Assembly: GCA_938045545.1 (NCBI GenBank)
Contig: CALIBN010000017.1
Location: 32,001 to 96,000, forward strand
Reading direction: 5' to 3'
Length of the DNA: 64,000 nucleotides
Source: an uncultured archaeon
GTDB taxonomy: Archaea > Thermoproteota > EX4484-205 > JAAOZP01
This document shows, one piece after another, positions 1-8,509 of this stretch. The notes under the pieces were generated by a model. The model had not been told where the DNA came from. It made no database searches and worked only from the letters and a program-made list of their open reading frames with translations. A program made the translations under genes and the position numbers. The stretch's first letter is position 1. Each line of letters begins with the position of its first letter.

Positions 1-494
1 CGTTTAAAGTTTTTGATTATCTGAGTGTCCTCGGGATTATACGACTGGTGTTTGAGCACACTGCTATTTAGAATAAGTCTCCGTTTCTTTCATTTTGCCA
101 CAAGATGGTTTAATCATAGCCACAGCGTCGTGTAGCGCTCATCAACAAGTAGCAAAGTATGAATCTAAATCCTGGTTGAAAACAGGCATGTAGAAGCAAT
201 TCGCGCCCAGTCTTAAGCATGCTTAGCCATCAGATTCATGCTCAGGCATCTCTCAGCAGTATAGCATGTTAACCACGTGTCATTAATTGGCTGGGCTTCA
301 GGTTGAAAACTAGTCGGCGAAGATAGATGACTTCTCCTCTTTTTTCCAGGGTGTAGGCGTCAATTGCATAAGGCTTCGAATCCGGTTGGGGGCTTCTGGT
401 TCCTCAAAGCTGAGTTTCGACGCCTTTATTCAGCGAGTAAGGCAAACCAAAGCAGGCCTTAAGTTCTCTAAAACATGCCTATTCTCTTTCCCGG

Positions 495-1247
495 TTGCAT
501 AGCAAAATGTTTTTATTTAAAGAATTGGCTGCAACATTAGGATTGCAGTTTAAAACTGCTCCGTCTGAGGAAGAGCTTAGGAAAATGCTCAGCGACTACT
601 CTCACGCCATATACGTCGCTAAGCTGGCCACTGGACCAGGTGGAACGTTAAGCGCAAAGCTGAACCATGGAGGAACAATACTCGTTAAGCCGAGCGGCTT
701 CAACCTTGGGGAGCTTAAGCCTGAGGACTTTGTAGAAGTAGAATTGAAGACGCTTAGGGTGGTGAAAGGAGTTTTAAAGCCCTCCATGGAGGTGGGGGTT
801 CTAGCAAGCTGCCACCTGGCTAGAGACGATGTTAACGCTGTCATACATGCCCACCCGCCTTTCTGCATAGCCCTGACAACTGTTGGGCTCAACCTGAATA
901 CCCCCCTCTACCCTGATCACGCGGTTTTCCTGGAGAAGGTTGCAAACCTACCGTTCTACCCGCCGGGCTCAGAGGAGCTGGCTGAAGCAGCCGGGGAGGC
1001 TGCGAGAAAGCATGACTGCATGCTTTTGAAGAACCACGGGGTAATCACTCTCGGCTCGTCGCTCAGAGAAGCATACTACAGGCTGGAGATAATGGAGGAG
1101 AGCGCTAAGATAACTGTTTTCTCCTGGATTCTGGCTGGGCTGCTTAAACCAGGAGGGAGGCCTGAATCCCTTTCAGCTGAGCAGGCTGAAGCCATCCGGA
1201 GGCTTCAAGCAGAGGCGTATAGGAGGAGCCTAGCGAAAAACTGGTGA
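495..1247 (+). CDS. Class II aldolase/adducin family protein (fuculose/rhamnulose-1-P aldolase-like)
   Basis: VKPSG, PSMEV (catalytic Glu), HAHPP and NHGV Zn-ligand motifs; true start may be slightly downstream. Confidence 0.88.
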   Translation: MHSKMFLFKELAATLGLQFKTAPSEEELRKMLSDYSHAIYVAKLATGPGGTLSAKLNHGGTILVKPSGFNLGELKPEDFVEVELKTLRVVKGVLKPSMEVGVLASCHLARDDVNAVIHAHPPFCIALTTVGLNLNTPLYPDHAVFLEKVANLPFYPPGSEELAEAAGEAARKHDCMLLKNHGVITLGSSLREAYYRLEIMEESAKITVFSWILAGLLKPGGRPESLSAEQAEAIRRLQAEAYRRSLAKNW

Positions 1248-1308
1248 CCTTAATTAAAGCACAAGGCTCTGCGATGGTCTCGATTACTCGGCCTGGTTAG
1301 TCGGAGTG

Positions 1309-2862
1309 CTACTGGGCCTCAAGACTCTTTAGTTCCTTGAAATCCTCCCTAAGAGCTTCGTAGAGGCTCCTGTAGACCCTGTATAGCTGCCCGTATTTCA
1401 AAGCCGCCTCTTGAACCGGCTTAATCGTCTCGCTGCTAGTCAACCATTCGTTTATAACCTCATACCCCTTAAGAGCCCCGGTTCCAACCCCTGCGAGCAG
1501 AGCGTCACCGTAGGGCGCGCCTATGCTTGCAGCCAAGTACTCCACATCCCTGTTTAAAACGTCTGTTATAATCCTCCTCCAGACTCTTGACTTTGCCCCA
1601 CCGTTGACGAGTATCGCTCTCCTCAAAGGAATCCCGGTTTCTACAGCTGTTTCAACGCAGTATCTTATGGCGTACGCAATGCCCTCTAGAATAGCCCTAT
1701 ACATGTGGGCTTTAGTATGGTTCAGCGTTAAGCCGAAGAAAACCCCCCTGACATACTCGTCCCACCACGGGGCTCTCTCGCCAACCATCATGTGGGGGAG
1801 AAATATCAGCCCATCGGACCCAGCCGGAACCCTTTCAGCCTCCATGTCCAGTATGCTGTAGGCGCTTAAACCAGTCTCTCTCGCAAGCATGCTTTCAACG
1901 CTTCCAAGATTGTCCCTGAACCACCTGATCGCGTAGCCCGCGGTTATGATTCCCGCGAAAGAATAGAACTTCCTGTCGTCATACGCCACGTGGGAATAGT
2001 TTATGAGCTTCGGGGAGAACCTAGGCTCATCCTGGATAAAACCGTTGCAGACTGAGGTGCCCAGCATCATCGCGAGCTCGCCGTCGCCGAGCGCGCCGAC
2101 CCCTAGAGCAGACATAGGCGCGTCTATCCCCCCGGCGCAGACAGGAGTACCCTTAGCAAGGCCGCTTAGCTCAGCACCCTGCGAAGAAACCTCGCCTACA
2201 ACATCCTTAGACATGCTTACCTTCTCAGGGAAAAAGCTCCTAGGTATTCCCAGGTCTCTCATCAGTTCCTCGGCGAACCTTCTCTCCTTCGGGTTGAAAA
2301 TCCCACCGTAGTTGCCTATTGAAGAATAGTCAACCGATACTTCTCCGGTGAGCCTGTATACACAGTAGGCGTTAGGTGTTACCAGCTGATGGATCCTGCT
2401 CCAAACCTGCGGCTCATTCCTCTTTATCCAGAGCATCTTAGTATACCCGTAGTATGGGTCTATCGTGTTGCAGGTTTCTTTGAAAACCCTTTCCTCCCCT
2501 ATGTTCTCCCTGATCCACCTGCACTCCTCAGTCGCCCTCCTGTCAGCCCATATTAAGCATGGTCTAAGAGGCTTCATCTCCCTGTCGCACGGTATTCCTG
2601 AGCCGCCGTAGAGGCTGCTTACGCAGTATCCCGCTATGTCACGCGGATCGATCGTTGCCTTCTTAATAACGTCTTTAATAGTATGGCATAATGCTTGAAA
2701 CCATACGTCGGGCCACTGTTCAGCCCAGCCTGTTTTAAGAGTTATCACGCCGTACTCGGCTGTTGAGCTAGCCACCTCCCTGCCCTCCGCGTCGACAAGA
2801 ATTGTTTTCGTCGCAGAAGTCCCTATGTCTGAACCTAGGAGAAACCCTCCCAACTTTAACAC
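1309..2862 (-). CDS. FGGY-family carbohydrate kinase (xylulokinase/rhamnulokinase-like)
   Basis: DIGTSATK, WADRR, GERAPWW, RAILEG and NGGAKS motifs. Confidence 0.92.
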   Translation of the reverse strand: MLKLGGFLLGSDIGTSATKTILVDAEGREVASSTAEYGVITLKTGWAEQWPDVWFQALCHTIKDVIKKATIDPRDIAGYCVSSLYGGSGIPCDREMKPLRPCLIWADRRATEECRWIRENIGEERVFKETCNTIDPYYGYTKMLWIKRNEPQVWSRIHQLVTPNAYCVYRLTGEVSVDYSSIGNYGGIFNPKERRFAEELMRDLGIPRSFFPEKVSMSKDVVGEVSSQGAELSGLAKGTPVCAGGIDAPMSALGVGALGDGELAMMLGTSVCNGFIQDEPRFSPKLINYSHVAYDDRKFYSFAGIITAGYAIRWFRDNLGSVESMLARETGLSAYSILDMEAERVPAGSDGLIFLPHMMVGERAPWWDEYVRGVFFGLTLNHTKAHMYRAILEGIAYAIRYCVETAVETGIPLRRAILVNGGAKSRVWRRIITDVLNRDVEYLAASIGAPYGDALLAGVGTGALKGYEVINEWLTSSETIKPVQEAALKYGQLYRVYRSLYEALREDFKELKSLEAQ

Positions 2863-3016
2863 CTTAACTGGAATGCAATAACAACTTTTAAATTTATCGT
2901 GGCTAGGAATGTTGCTTTATTCATCCTCGAGAGTAATGCTATTGCCAACGCAGCCTTAGTTTTTGAAGCTTTAAGGCTGTCTCCCGCTGAGACAGCGTGC
3001 TGAATTATTTCAGAAG

Positions 3017-4147
3017 TCAAGACGTTAAAATTATTTTCTTAACGAAGCTAATTATTTCAGCCTGGTCCCCGTTTTCCCTAACCTTCTCGAACTCTTCTCT
3101 CCTACTGTATATCAATAGGGCTTTTTTCGCCAGGTTTGCGAAAAGCTCCTTAGATAGGCGCATGGCTTTCACAGGATTCATCCTGTATGTGAACTGGTCC
3201 TCGCCGAACCAGCCCTCGTAACCAGTGTCAACCGCAGCATATATGAAGTCAACCATCCTCCAGATGTCTCCAGTGCCGAAAACGCGGTCTTCATCGTTGC
3301 TGTGCAACTTGGCCGTGTTGATGTGGAAGTTGACGAGCGGAACTCCGAAGGCCTTCAAAGCGTAAACCGTGGCGGCGGGCTCAACAGCATACATGGCCTC
3401 ATGCCCGTAGTCGACGCATACACCCATGTTAGTCCCCCCGCTCCTCTCGTTAACGGTCTTCGCCACTAGGGCTGCCAGATGGGTCGTCGGAATCACCATG
3501 TTCCCCTCCCTGGGCTCATGCAGCTTAGCCTCGACGCCGAACACTAGGCCCGCCTTCTTAGCCTCCCTGTTTATCATCTCGCAGCCATCTATGAAAAGCT
3601 CAAGCTGCCTTCCATAGTTAACCTCGAAATTATAATCCCAGCCGTCGGCTCCAGGCCAAAGAGAGACGCTGCCGCATCCAATCTCCTTAGCCAGTTCAAC
3701 AGCTTGGAAGGCTATTTGAAGAGCATCCTCCCTGACCCTCCTAGAGGGGTTCGTTATGCCGCCTAGCTTCCACTTAGGGTCCGTCCAAAGATTAGTGTTC
3801 ATGTTCGTAGGCGTCAACTCCAGTTTCTCAAGTTCAGCCTTAACCTCGCTAACAATGCTTTCAACCTTCCTGTAGTTTGAATCTATGAACAGCACGTCGT
3901 GAAACTCAACGCCCTGGATCCCCGCCTCCTTAACCCTTTTGAGCTGGGAAATAATGTCGCTCTTGAAATCAGGATCGTCACTGTTATACCCTCTGGTGGC
4001 GAACCTGTCCAGGAAATCGCCAGCAGCCCAGTGGCCGGCTGCAAACTTTATTCCAAAGTCTTTTAAAAAACTGTCCACCGTCTCGCCCTCAAGATACCCT
4101 GAGTACTCTTCCCCGAGCTTCCTGAAAACTTCTCCACCCGCCTTCAT
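3017..4147 (-). CDS. Xylose/L-rhamnose isomerase-like TIM-barrel sugar isomerase
   Basis: VEFHD, TNLW, LWPGADG, VEAKLHEP, VDYGH, FHIN, DEDR and EDQF motifs; ATG at 4147 preferred over the ORF-track start at 4189. Confidence 0.85.
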   Translation of the reverse strand: MKAGGEVFRKLGEEYSGYLEGETVDSFLKDFGIKFAAGHWAAGDFLDRFATRGYNSDDPDFKSDIISQLKRVKEAGIQGVEFHDVLFIDSNYRKVESIVSEVKAELEKLELTPTNMNTNLWTDPKWKLGGITNPSRRVREDALQIAFQAVELAKEIGCGSVSLWPGADGWDYNFEVNYGRQLELFIDGCEMINREAKKAGLVFGVEAKLHEPREGNMVIPTTHLAALVAKTVNERSGGTNMGVCVDYGHEAMYAVEPAATVYALKAFGVPLVNFHINTAKLHSNDEDRVFGTGDIWRMVDFIYAAVDTGYEGWFGEDQFTYRMNPVKAMRLSKELFANLAKKALLIYSRREEFEKVRENGDQAEIISFVKKIILTS

Positions 4148-4300
4148 TTGTCTTAAAAAAAGTTTTGAAACTAAATAAGTTTTTCTCAAGTCTCCCCCAC
4201 GTTAATCCTCAACCTGCGGGAATTAGAGTGCAGAGCCTCAAGCTTCCTCAAACTACTTAACTCAGCCCCTGCTTAGGCTGATGCACATGCTTTTTCCACA

Positions 4301-5005
4301 ATGTTTCTCTACAAGTTTAAAAACCGTTCCCCAAACCCCTTTCCCATGCGTCTTAAGGTTAGGGCGGTGCTGTTCGACCTGGACGGAACCCTGGTCGAAA
4401 CATTCGAAGCATTCCACATCATGGTTAACGATATTTTGAGGAGGTTCAACATGCCTGAGAGAAGCTTCACTGAGAACGCTAGGCTAGTCGGGAAGACTTC
4501 TAGAACAATAGCTGAGACGATTGCTAGGGAAACAGGGTTAAACATGAGCCTGGAGGAGCTTTCAAAAATGATGATTAGAGAATGGATCTACACGTACATG
4601 CCTAAATACGGCAAGCTCTATCCTGATGCTCAGGAGACGCTTAGAGAGCTGAAGAGGAGGGGCTACCTGCTTGGAGTAGTGTCGAACACGAGCAGGGAGG
4701 AGTTGCCGAACTACTTGGAAAGCTTCAAAATAGGAGGCTTCTTCGACGTGACTGTTTCCGCCGGAGATGCGGAGAAGCCTAAGCCTGCGCCTGAGCCTGT
4801 TCTAAAGGCTGCTGAAGCACTGGGCGTGAAGCCGGGGGAGGCTGTGATGATCGGGGACAGGCCGGAGGACATTGAATCCGGGAAGGCTGCGGGCACATAC
4901 ACGGTGGCAGTGTTAAGAAGCATTAGGCCGAGAGCCGAGATTGAAGCCGCTCAACCAGATTTTATGATAACCTGCTTATCCGAAGTACTTTCAATACTCT
5001 CTTGA
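4301..5005 (+). CDS. HAD-superfamily hydrolase (phosphoglycolate phosphatase-like)
   Basis: FDLDGTLV, VVSN, KPAPEP and IGDRPEDI motifs; start may be the ATG near 4346. Confidence 0.9.
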   Translation: MFLYKFKNRSPNPFPMRLKVRAVLFDLDGTLVETFEAFHIMVNDILRRFNMPERSFTENARLVGKTSRTIAETIARETGLNMSLEELSKMMIREWIYTYMPKYGKLYPDAQETLRELKRRGYLLGVVSNTSREELPNYLESFKIGGFFDVTVSAGDAEKPKPAPEPVLKAAEALGVKPGEAVMIGDRPEDIESGKAAGTYTVAVLRSIRPRAEIEAAQPDFMITCLSEVLSILS

Positions 5006-5109
5006 AATAAATTTTTAGAGAAGTCAACGAGTTTTTCCTTGGGAAAGAGCATATGCGGGTTTAGCTGGCCTCAGAAAATTTTCACGGTAGGAATGCATGA
5101 TAAAAAATC

Positions 5110-5709
5110 TTACTTTAAAGCTTCTTTCGAAACATAAATGTTAAAAGACATGGTCTCTGCACCATGCTTCCTTAAAATACTTAGAATAACATTGGAATTC
5201 TCCTCGGGCAAGAGTACACACCCATCGGCGATCCTGACACCTCCAAGCTTCTCGACAAGACCCTTACTACGCCTCCTGCCGTAAAGCCTGTAGATAAGCC
5301 TCATCTTATCACTCTGACCAAGCCTACTCATGCTGTACGCTATGAGCACCATGCGCTTGAAGTTAGGAGGAGCAAGAAAAGACTGAAACGGGTACTTAGA
5401 GTAAAGCAGGACACCGTGTCCCAGAACCTCGTTCAAGAAAGTAGGCTCGCTCCCGGCAAACTCGTTAAGGCTCTTCGGAATGAGATGGACAAGCAGGTTA
5501 AGCCCGCCCACCTTCTGGAAAAGCTCGTCCCACCTGCGCCACATGCTCTCCTTATCGCTGAAAACCACAAGCAGGTCGAGGTCGGAATACTCGTCGAAGT
5601 CGCCCCTGGCAACGCTGCCGAAAAGTATTATCGCGATAACCTCCTTGATGGAGGAAACAACCTCGGTTAAACTACTTAAATCGGATTCCAGCTTTTCTCT
5701 CGAAAGCAT
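5110..5709 (-). CDS. Minimal nucleotidyltransferase (MNT) with a C-terminal Cas2/VapD-like ferredoxin-fold extension
   Basis: LFGSVARGD..SDLDLLVV motif, then an extra ~80 aa starting RMVLIAYSMS. Confidence 0.8.
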   Translation of the reverse strand: MLSREKLESDLSSLTEVVSSIKEVIAIILFGSVARGDFDEYSDLDLLVVFSDKESMWRRWDELFQKVGGLNLLVHLIPKSLNEFAGSEPTFLNEVLGHGVLLYSKYPFQSFLAPPNFKRMVLIAYSMSRLGQSDKMRLIYRLYGRRRSKGLVEKLGGVRIADGCVLLPEENSNVILSILRKHGAETMSFNIYVSKEALK

Positions 5710-6040
5710 CTAGAATCACCTCCATGGCCTCCAAAACCTTCTTAGCCCTCTCGCCATCCACCCCCTCATAGCCGAGCACCCCGTAAGCTCCCCAGAGCAT
5801 ATCCACATAACCGGAAAGCTCAGGGAACCTCTTCTTAACCCACATCATCCTTTTAGCATGCGCACTCCTGGGACTGGCATGGAAATGCAGGTTCTCGAGA
5901 GAAGCCAACGCTTCTATGGCCTGCTCCACGGCTTTAATGGCCAAATCCCCTACTACTGTGTACCTCTTCTTTTCATACTCTTCAACGGCTGCAGCCCTCT
6001 TCTCCGCCGACAACCCACGATGGTGCTCCATGTTGCCCAT
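5672..6040 (-). CDS. HEPN-like protein, partner of the downstream MNT
   Basis: All-helical 122 aa with KAVEQAIEALA, and LGY..ERAKKVLE in the HEPN C-terminal pattern; overlaps the MNT start. Confidence 0.65.
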   Translation of the reverse strand: MGNMEHHRGLSAEKRAAAVEEYEKKRYTVVGDLAIKAVEQAIEALASLENLHFHASPRSAHAKRMMWVKKRFPELSGYVDMLWGAYGVLGYEGVDGERAKKVLEAMEVILDAFERKAGIRFK

Positions 6041-6479
6041 ATCGCTAGTCTTATAAATAAGATAAAAACTTACTTATAAACCTTGGTACAGCGCCTATGA
6101 TTGCAGTTGGAGAAGCCTAGAACCCTTTTAATCTCGAATAGTGCATTTGTCTCTTGCCATGGAACCGAAAATGTAAGCCTGCTTTCCAAGCTAGTTAAAA
6201 TCGGATGTGGAGAAGTAAAACGCGGCGGCAAATAGCCGACCCTGTATACCGGCATGCGTTAAGAATAAAGCAAAAACCATAATCCTAAAAGGCATAGCAG
6301 TACTTAATGTTAATTCAATAGTTTGTAGGGAGAAGCCTATTCATTAGACTGAGACTGGCTGCAAATCAATAATTCGTCCTCAAGGCCTAATTAAACTTCT
6401 GTTAGCGTGCTTGTTTAGGATTTAAGTATTAGGAAAAGGTATGCTTAAATACTTTCTGGGGAAATTCATTTTTAGAGGG

Positions 6480-7085
6480 ATGAGTAAGCTGAAAGAAGAG
6501 TTTCTAGAACTGCTTGATAAGGATAAGGAGTTCCGTTACACCGTGGCAGGTTATTTAGGGTTATCAGATGTTTTGAAAAGCCTAGATAGGCTGGGAGAAG
6601 GCCAGAACAAGCTTTGGGAGGAGGTTAGGCTATTGAGAGAAGGCCAGAACAAGCTTTGGGAGGAGGTTAGGGAGTTACGTACAACTCAAAACAGGATTGC
6701 AATAACTCTCGACAGATTAACGATATCGGTTGAAGAAGAGGGGCTTGACGTTATTAAACATAGGTTGAAAAACGAGCTAGGTTTAGAAGTTGAACTAGCC
6801 AGGATATTCATAGGCGATAAAGAGATAAATATCTACGGTGCTAAAGGCGACACCTGTATAATCGGCGAGGCGACGGTAAGGCTTGGAATAAGCCTGATAC
6901 GCGAATTGGAGGAGAAAATAGAAGTCTTAAAAAGAATGAGACCTGAATTGATCAAACCCAAGATGATTAAAGTTATTTACACAGATTATGCTGTCCCAAG
7001 CGCCCTAGACCTGGCGAGGGAGCATGACATATGGGTTTTAAACTGGAGAGGGGACTTAACTCCACGAAAGACGCTCTACTCCTGA
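6480..7085 (+). CDS. Archaeal coiled-coil plus PD-(D/E)XK-fold protein (DUF3782/PaREP-like)
   Basis: LKEEFLELLDKDKEFRYTVAGYLGL N-terminus, heptad repeats, EINIYG...IGEATV nuclease-like C-terminus; ATG at 6480. Confidence 0.7.
   Translation: MSKLKEEFLELLDKDKEFRYTVAGYLGLSDVLKSLDRLGEGQNKLWEEVRLLREGQNKLWEEVRELRTTQNRIAITLDRLTISVEEEGLDVIKHRLKNELGLEVELARIFIGDKEINIYGAKGDTCIIGEATVRLGISLIRELEEKIEVLKRMRPELIKPKMIKVIYTDYAVPSALDLAREHDIWVLNWRGDLTPRKTLYS
6595..6671 (+). repeat. Two identical 35-bp copies at 42-bp period inside the coiled-coil gene
   Basis: gagaaggccagaacaagctttgggaggaggttagg at 6595-6629 and 6637-6671 (EGQNKLWEEVR twice). Confidence 0.9.
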
Positions 7086-7159
7086 ACCATAACGTAGCCA
7101 AATATAAGCTATTTCTATCTCCAATATTCCATAATCTCAGATTCTCAGGTAACGCGCTG

Positions 7160-7585
7160 CTACTTGTATTCTCTCGGGTCTATTCTTCTGGTGAACTTAA
7201 TTTTGTCTAATTCTTTATCGGCTGAAATAACTTCCCAAACGATGTTTGTCTCCATTGTTGCAGCATGAACATAGTCTACGCCAGTAACCGGATAAGTATA
7301 TTCTGAAGCCCTTTTAATGATTAAGAAGTTTAAGTCAAACCAAACGATTGGAAGCGATAGGATTGCGTCAACATTTTTCCTTACATCCAAAGGCCTCTTG
7401 CCTCTTTCCTCAATCATTTTATTTATTTTCGTAAGGACATTGATTATCTCTACCAAAACTAAAATGGATGCACATGCTTTAAGTCTACCTTTCTCTATAT
7501 CTAAAAGTATTCTTTTACAGGCCTCTCCGTATTCTGGATGATTTTCTATAGCGTAAATGAAAACATTCGCATCGATATAAATCAT
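7160..7585 (-). CDS. vapC: PIN-domain VapC toxin
   Basis: IYIDANVFIYA, LVEI, DYVHAATM and ISADKELD motifs. Confidence 0.9.
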   Translation of the reverse strand: MIYIDANVFIYAIENHPEYGEACKRILLDIEKGRLKACASILVLVEIINVLTKINKMIEERGKRPLDVRKNVDAILSLPIVWFDLNFLIIKRASEYTYPVTGVDYVHAATMETNIVWEVISADKELDKIKFTRRIDPREYK

Positions 7586-7818
7586 TTGAATTCCTCTCTA
7601 GCTTCCCTTACGAGTTTTACGGCATCTAGATCAAGCTTTATCTGGGAAGTCAGAAATTCTACAGGATTTTTCACCTTTCTCGGCACATCTACAACAACCA
7701 TCCCCCTAACCACATGCCATTCAACCTTCTCCCCAGGCCTTACTCCAAGATGCTTTCTTATTTTTCGCGGTATGGTTGTCTGATACTTAATAGTCACCTT
7801 ACTTTCCTCTCTATTCAT
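7582..7818 (-). CDS. AbrB/MazE-family antitoxin (VapB)
   Basis: SKVTIKYQTTIPRKIRKHLGVRPGEKV; 4-bp overlap with vapC. Confidence 0.9.
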   Translation of the reverse strand: MNREESKVTIKYQTTIPRKIRKHLGVRPGEKVEWHVVRGMVVVDVPRKVKNPVEFLTSQIKLDLDAVKLVREAREEFK

Positions 7819-7906
7819 GTCAAAGTATTACAGGTAATACTATTTAAATTTTCCCTTAGCACCTAGTTTCAGCTGGATAGGCGGAAAGAAGAGTGGAATA
7901 AGCGCG

Positions 7907-8260
7907 CTAGATTTCTCTTAATTCCCTGATGAGCTTGCGTAAAAACTGAACATTTTTTCATCCGTTACATGGAATTCGAAGGGCTCGTCAAACCCTTCCT
8001 TCCTCAGCTTTGCAATAACTTCACAAGGCTTCAATTTCGTTAAGATTAGTATGTCTATGTCGCTGGTTAACACGTACTCTTCTCTTGCTACGGAACCGAA
8101 AAGAAAAACCCTAGGCTCTTCGTCTGCCTTGCTCATTATCTTTTTAATTCTCTTTGAGTTCCGGCAGGTTTTTGAAAACTTCTTCCCTTCCGGCTGCTTC
8201 CCTAATTAAAAGCCCTTCCAACCAGTTCCTCAACCTCCTTCGCGAAATCAACTAGCCTTT
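7907..8260 (-). pseudogene. Frameshifted MNT gene preceded by a HEPN C-terminal remnant
   Basis: Core LFGSVAR..SDIDIL at 7918-8136; N-terminus (LEGLLIREAAGREEVFKNL) and C-terminus (KLIRELREI*) lie in other frames; upstream AKRLVDFAKEVEELVGRAFN*. Confidence 0.65.
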
Positions 8261-8509
8261 TTGCGCGCAACTTCTTAGATCTATCCAGTAGCTTTCCAAT
8301 CTCTTCCCTTCCCATGAATCTTTAATGCCCTGATGAGATATAAGCGTTCACAGAACACGTTTCAACGCTTTAAACAATTCCTTCGTTAAGGATGGTGCAC
8401 GTGCAGTGTACGTTCTTCCCAGAGTTTAGAAGGCGGCTAACCCCTACCTTTTTCGAAATTCTTTAAACAGCCCACCGTCACATCGACCTTAAACTGAAAT
8501 TCGCTGGGC

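Noticed and set aside
372-395. ggcttcgaatccggttgggggc resembles a tRNA T-arm/3' end
   Set aside because: No T-stem pairing, acceptor stem or D-arm can be built
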